DNA of 64,000 nt. It comes from Eledone cirrhosa. Taxonomy: Eukaryota. Below the pieces are notes generated by a model. It did not search any database. It saw nothing but the letters and a program-made list of their open reading frames with translations, and was not told the origin of the DNA. Made by a program: the position numbers and the translations under genes. Location: assembly GCA_964016885.1 (NCBI GenBank), contig OZ024743.1, positions 324,570,001 to 324,634,000 on the forward strand. The letters run 5' to 3'. Positions 56,701-64,000 of this stretch are shown in pieces. Each line of letters begins with the position of its first letter. Position 1 is the first letter of the stretch.

Positions 56701-59700
56701 TACTACCACCACTACCAATACCACAAGTACTACCACCACTACCAAAACCACAAGTACTATCACCACTACCAATACCACAAGTACTACCACCACTACCAAA
56801 ACCACAAGTTCTACCACCACTACCAATACCACAAGTACTACCACCACTACCAGTACCACAAGTACTACCACCACTACCAATACCACAAGTACTACAACCA
56901 CTACCAATACCACAAGTACTACCACCACTACCAATACCACAAGTACTACAACCACTACCAATACCACAAGTACTACCACCACTACCAATACCACAAGTAA
57001 TACCACCACTACCAATAGCACAAGTACTACCACCACTACCAGTACCACAAGTACTACCACCACTACCAATACCACAAGTACTACAACCACTACCAAAACC
57101 ACAAGTTCTACCACCACTACCAATACCACAAGTACTACCACCACTACCAGTACCACAAGTACTACCACCACTACCAAAACCACAAGTACTACCACCACTA
57201 CCAATACCACAAGTACTACAACCACTACCAATATCACAAGTACTACCAACACTACCAATACCACAAGTTCTACCACCACTACCAATACCACAAGTACTAC
57301 CACCACTACCAATATCACAAGTACTACCACCACTACCAATACCACTACCAATACCACAAGTACTACCACCACTACCAATATCACAAGTTCTACCACCACT
57401 ACCAATACCACAAGTACTACCACCACTACCAATATCACAAGTACTACCACCACTACCAATACCACTACCAATACCACTAGTACTACCACCCACTACCAAT
57501 ACCACAAGTACTACCACCACTACCAATACCACTAGTACTACCACCCACTACCAATACCACAAGTACTACCACCACTACCAAAACCACAAGTACTACCACC
57601 ACTACCAATACCACAAGTACTACCACCACTACCAATACCACAAGTACTACCCCCACTACCAATACCACAAGTACTACCACCACTACCAATACCACTAGTA
57701 CTACCACCCACTACCAATATCACAAGTACTACCACCACTACAAATACCACAAGTACTACCACCACTACCAATACCACAAGTACTCCCACCACTACTAATA
57801 TCACAAGTACTACCACCACTACCAATACCACAAGTACTACCACCACTACCAATACCACAAGTACTATCACCACTACCAATGCCACAAGTACTACCACTAC
57901 TACCAGTACCACAAGTACTACCACCACTACCAGTACCACAAGTACTACCACCACTACCAATAATACAAGTACTACCACCACTACCAATACCACAAGTACT
58001 ACCACCACTACCAATACCACAAGTACTACCAGCACTACCAATATCACAAGTACTACGACCAGTACTAATACCACTAGTACTACCACCACTACCAATACCA
58101 CAAGTACAACCACCACTAACAATACCACAAGTACTACCACCACTACCAATACCACTAGTACTACCACCACTACCAATACCACTAGTACTACCACCACAAC
58201 CAATACCACAAGTACTACCACCATAACCAATACCACAAGTACTACCACCACTACCAATATCACAAGTACTACCACCACTACCAATACCACTAGTACTACC
58301 ACCACTACCAATACCACTAGTACTACCACCAATACCAATACCACAAGTACTATCACCACTACCAATGCCACAAGTACTACCACCACTACCAGTACCACAA
58401 GTACTACCACCACTAACAATACCACAAGTACTACAACCACTACCAATATCACAAGTACTACCAACACTACCAATACCACAAGTACTACCACCACTACCAA
58501 TACCACAAGTACTACCACCACTACCCATATCACAAGTACTACCAGCACTACCAATATCACAAGTACTAACACCACTACCAATACCATTACCAATACCACA
58601 AGTACCACCACCACTACCAATACCATAAGTACTACCACAACTACCAATACCACTAGTACTACCACCACTACCAATACCACTAGTACTATCACCCACTACC
58701 AATATCACAAGTACTACCACCACTACCAATACCACAAGTACTACCACCAATACCAATACCACAAGTAGTCCCACCACTACCAATACGACAAGTACTACCA
58801 CCACTACCAATACCACTAGTACTACCACAACTACCAATACCACAAGTACTACCACCACTACCAATACCACAAGTACTACCACCACTACCTATACCACAAG
58901 TAATACCACCACTACCAATACCACAAGTACTACCACCACTACTAATATCACAAGTACTACCACCACTACAAATACCACAAGTACTACCACCACTACAATA
59001 CCACAAGTACTACCACCACTACCAAAACCACATGTACTATCACCACTACCAATACCACAAGTACTACCACCACTACCAAAACCACAAGTTCTACCACCAC
59101 TACCAATACCACAAGTACTACCACCACTACCAGTACCACAAGTACTACCACCACTACCAATACCACAAGTACTACAACCACTACCAATACCACAAGTACT
59201 ACCACCACTACCAATACCACAAGTACTACAACCACTACCAATACCACAAGTACTACCACCACTACCAATACCACAAGTAATACCACCACTACCAATACCA
59301 CAAGTACTACCACCACTACCAGTACCACAAGTACTACCACCACTACCAATACCACAAGTACTACAACCACTACCAAAACCACAAGTTCTACCACCACTAC
59401 CAATACCACAAGTACTACCACCACTACCAGTACCACAAGTACTACCACCACTACCAAAACCACAAGTACTACCACCACTACCAATACCACAAGTACTACA
59501 ACCACTACCAATATCACAAGTACTACCAACACTTCCAATACCACAAGTTCTACCACCACTACCAATACCACAAGTACTACCACCACTACCAATATCACAA
59601 GTACTACCACCACTACCAATACCACAAGTAATACCACCACTACCAATACCACAAGTACTACCACCACTACCAGTACCACAAGTACTACCACCACTACCAA

Positions 59701-62700
59701 TACCACAAGTACTACAACCACTACCAAAACCACAAGTTCTACCACCACTACCAATACCACAAGTACTACCACCACTACCAGTACCACAAGTACTACCACC
59801 ACTACCAAAACCACAAGTACTACCACCACTACCAATACCACAAGTACTACAACCACTACCAATATCACAAGTACTACCAACACTACCAATACCACAAGTT
59901 CTACCACCACTACCAATACCACAAGTACTACCACCACTACCAATATCACAAGTACTACCACCACTACCAATACCACTACCAATACCACAAGTACTACCAC
60001 CACTACCAATATCACAAGTTCTACCACCACTACCAATACCACAAGTACTACCACCACTACCAATATCACAAGTACTACCACCACTACCAATACCACTACC
60101 AATACCACAAGTACTACCACCACTACCAATGCCACAAGTACTACCACCACTACCAGTACCACAAGTACTACCACCACTACCAATAACAAAAGTATCACCA
60201 CCACTAACAATACCACAAGTACTACCACCACTACCAATACCACAAGTACTATCACCACTACCAATGCCACAAGTACTATCACCACTAACAATACCACAAG
60301 TACTACCACCACTACCAATACCACAAGTACTACCACCACTACCAATACCACAAGTACTACCACCACTACCAATACCACAAGTACTACCACCACTACCAAT
60401 ACCACAAGTACTACCACCACTACCAATACCACAACTACTACCACCACTACCAAAACCACAAGTACTACCACCACTACCAATACCACAAGTACTACCAGCA
60501 CTACCAATACCACAAGTACTACCACCACTATCAATACCACAAGTACTACCACCACTACCAATACCACAAGTACTACCACCACTACCAATACCACAAGTAC
60601 TACCACCACTACCAATACCACAAGTACTACCACCACTACCAATATCACAAGTACTACCACCACTACCAATACCACAAGTACTACCACCACTACCAATACC
60701 ACAAGTACTACCACCACAAACAATACCACAAGTACTACAACCACTACCAATATCACAAGTACTACCAACACTACCAATACCACAAGTTCTACCACCACTA
60801 CCAATACCACAAGTACTACCACCACTACCAATATCACAAGTACTACCACCACTACCAATACCACTACCAATACCACAAGTACTACCACCACAAACAATAC
60901 CACAAGTACTACAACCACTACCAATATCACAAGTACTACCACCACTACCAATACCACTAGTACTACCACCACTACCAATACCACTAGTACTACCACCCAC
61001 TACCAATATCACAAGTACTACCACCACTACCAATACCACAAGTACTACCACCACTACCCATACCACAAGTAGTCCCACCACTACCAATACCACAAGTATT
61101 ACCACCAATACCAATACCACTAGTGCTACCACCACTACCAATACCACAAGTACTAGCACCACTACCAATATCACAAGTACTACCACCACTACCAATACCA
61201 CTACCAATACCACAAGTACTACCACCACTACCAATACCATAAGTACTACCACCACTACCAATACCACTAGTACTACCACCACTACCAATACCACTAGTAC
61301 TACCACCCACTACCAATATCACAAGTACTACCACCACTACCAATACCACAAGTACTACCACCACTACCCATACCACAAGTAGTCCCACCACTACCAATAC
61401 CACAAGTATTACCACCAATACCAATACCACTAGTGCTACCACCACTACCAATACCACAAGTACTACCACCACTACCAATACCACAAGTACTACCACCAAT
61501 ACCACAAGTACTACCACCACTACTAATATCACAAGTACTACCACCACTACCAATGCCACAAGTACTACCACCACTACCAGTACCACAAGTACTACCACCA
61601 CTACCAGTACCACAAGTACTACCACCACTACCAGTACCACTAGTACTACCACCCACTACCAATACCACAAGTACTACCACCACTACCAATAACAAAAGTA
61701 CCACCACCACTAACAATACCACAAATACTACCACCACTAACAATACCACAAGTACTATCACCACTACCAATGCCATAAGTACTACCACCACTACCAGTAC
61801 CACAAGTACTACCACCACTACCAATAGCACAAGTACTACCACCACTACCAATACCAGAAGTACTATCACCAATACCAATGCCACAAGTACTACCACCACT
61901 ACCAGTACCACAAGTACTACCACCACTAACAATACCACAAGTACTACAACCACTACCAATATCACAAGTACTACAAACACTACCAATATCACAAGTACTA
62001 CCACCACTACCAATACCACAAGTACTACCACCACTACCAATACCACAAGTACTACCACCACTACCAATACCATAAGTACTACCACCACTACCGATACCAC
62101 TAGTACTACCACCACTACCAATACCACTAGTACTACCACCCACTACCAATATCACAAGTACTACCACCACTACCAATACCACAAGTACTACCACCACTAC
62201 CAATACAAGAAGTAGTCCCACCACTACCAATACCACAAGTACTACCACCACTACCAATACCACAAATACTACCACCACTACCAATACCACAAGTACTACC
62301 ACCACTACTAATATCACAAGTACTACCACCACTACCAATACCACAAGTACTACCACCACTACCAATACCACAAGTACTACCACCACTACTAATATCACAA
62401 GTGCTACCACCACTACCAATACCACAAGTACTACCACCACTACCAGTACCACAAGTACTACCACCACTACCAATACCACAAGTACTATCACCACTACCAA
62501 TGCCACAAGTACTACCACTACTACCAGTACCACAAGTACTACCACCACTACCAATACCACTAGTACTACCACCACTACCAATATCACAAGTACTACCACC
62601 ACTAACAATACCACAAGTACTACCACCACTACCAATAATACAAGTACTACCACCACTACCAATACCACAAGTACTACCACCACTACCAGTATCACAAGTA

Positions 62701-64000
62701 ACACCACCACTACCAATACCACAAGTACTACCACCACTACCAATATCACAAGTACTACCACCACTACCAATACAATTACCAATACCACAAGTACCACCAC
62801 CACTACCAATACCATAAGTACTACCACAACTACCAATACCACTAGTACTACCACCACTACCAATACCACTAGTACTATCACCCACTACCAATATCACAAG
62901 TACTACCACCACTACCAATACCACAAGTACTACCACCAATACCAATACCACAAGTAGTCCCACCACTACCAATACGACAAGTACTACCACCACTACCAAT
63001 ACCACTAGTTCTACCACCACTACCAATACCACAAGTACTACCACCACTACCAATACCACAAGTACTACCACCACTACCTATATCACAAGTAATACCACCA
63101 CTACCAATACCACAAGTACTACCACCACTACTAATATCACAAGTACTACCACCACTACCAATACCATAAGTACTACCACCACTACCGATACCACTAGTAC
63201 TACCACCACTACCAATACCACTAGTACTACCACCCACTACCAATATCACAAGTACTACCACCACTACCAATACCACAAGTACTACCACCACTACCAATAC
63301 AACAAGTAGTCCCACCACTACCAATACCACAAGTACTACCACCACTACCAATACCACAAGTACTACCACCACTACAATACCACAAGTACTACCACCGCTA
63401 CCAATGCCACAAGTACTACCACCACTACCAGTACCACAAGTACTACCACCACTACCAAAACCACAAGTACTACCACCACTACCAATACCACAAGTACTAC
63501 CACCACTACCAATACCACAAGTACTACCACCACTACCAATACCAGAAGTACTACCACCACTACCAATACCACTAGTACTACCACCACTACCAGTACCACA
63601 AGTACTACCACCACTAACAATACCACAAGTACTACAACCACTACCAATATCACAAGTACTACCAACACTACCAATACCACAAGTTCTACCACCACTACCA
63701 ATACCACAAGTACTACCACCACTACCAATACCACAAGTACTACCACCACTACCAATACCACAAGTACTACCACCACTACCAATATCACAAGTACTACCAC
63801 CACTACCAATACCACAAGTACTACCAACACTACAAATATCACAAGTACTACCACCACTACCAATACCACAAGTACTACCAGCACTACCAATATCACAAGT
63901 ACTGCCACAAATATCAATACCACAAGTACTACCACCACTACCAATACCACAAGTACTATCACCACTACCAATGCCACAAGTACTACCACCACTACCAGTA
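50760..64000. repeat. 27-bp satellite array (consensus ACCACAAGTACTACCACCACTACCAAT), >13 kb, with higher-order structure
   Basis: Roughly 490 monomers. Variant blocks recur at a 2361-bp offset (for example 55518/57879, 56004/58365, 56328/58689). The array continues past the window end. Confidence 0.97.

Noticed and set aside
50693-63992. Very long poly-Val/Leu, GSGGSTCGI and PQVLPPLPI ORFs as genes
   Set aside because: They result from a stop-poor 27-bp unit open in multiple frames. Frames switch at indels, and there is no unique domain or signal peptide.
50760-64000. CRISPR-like array
   Set aside because: Monomers are contiguous with no unique spacers, there are no cas genes, and the context is eukaryotic.

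Overview
AT-rich, microsatellite-saturated animal genomic DNA. The SINE, Penelope and MITE repertoire resembles cephalopod (Octopus-like) genomes; this is an inference. No host protein-coding exon is supportable, and nearly all listed ORFs are microsatellite or satellite artefacts. Recognisable contents: two Penelope-like element (PLE) remnants (GIY-YIG at 1-435; RT plus GIY-YIG at ~15.6-18.6 kb, interrupted by a SINE), an RTE LINE 3' end, two R4/Dong-type non-LTR fragments, a mariner relic, small MITEs, many tRNA-derived SINEs, and a >13 kb 27-bp satellite with a 2361-bp higher-order repeat running off the right end. The most notable signal is non-coding. At least 15 type I hammerhead-ribozyme (HHR) motifs from about 10 unrelated sequence families lie in the first 44 kb, several with core variants (U4C, C3A/C3U, purine-purine pair at the base of stem II, very long stem II). 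They sit in short (TA)n-embedded modules, many arranged as inverted duplications, perfect fold-back palindromes or 1.5-mer tandems. One is a 438-bp two-HHR retrozyme-like unit, and one copy of that family begins almost exactly at the predicted self-cleavage site. All structures were folded by eye and none was computed.
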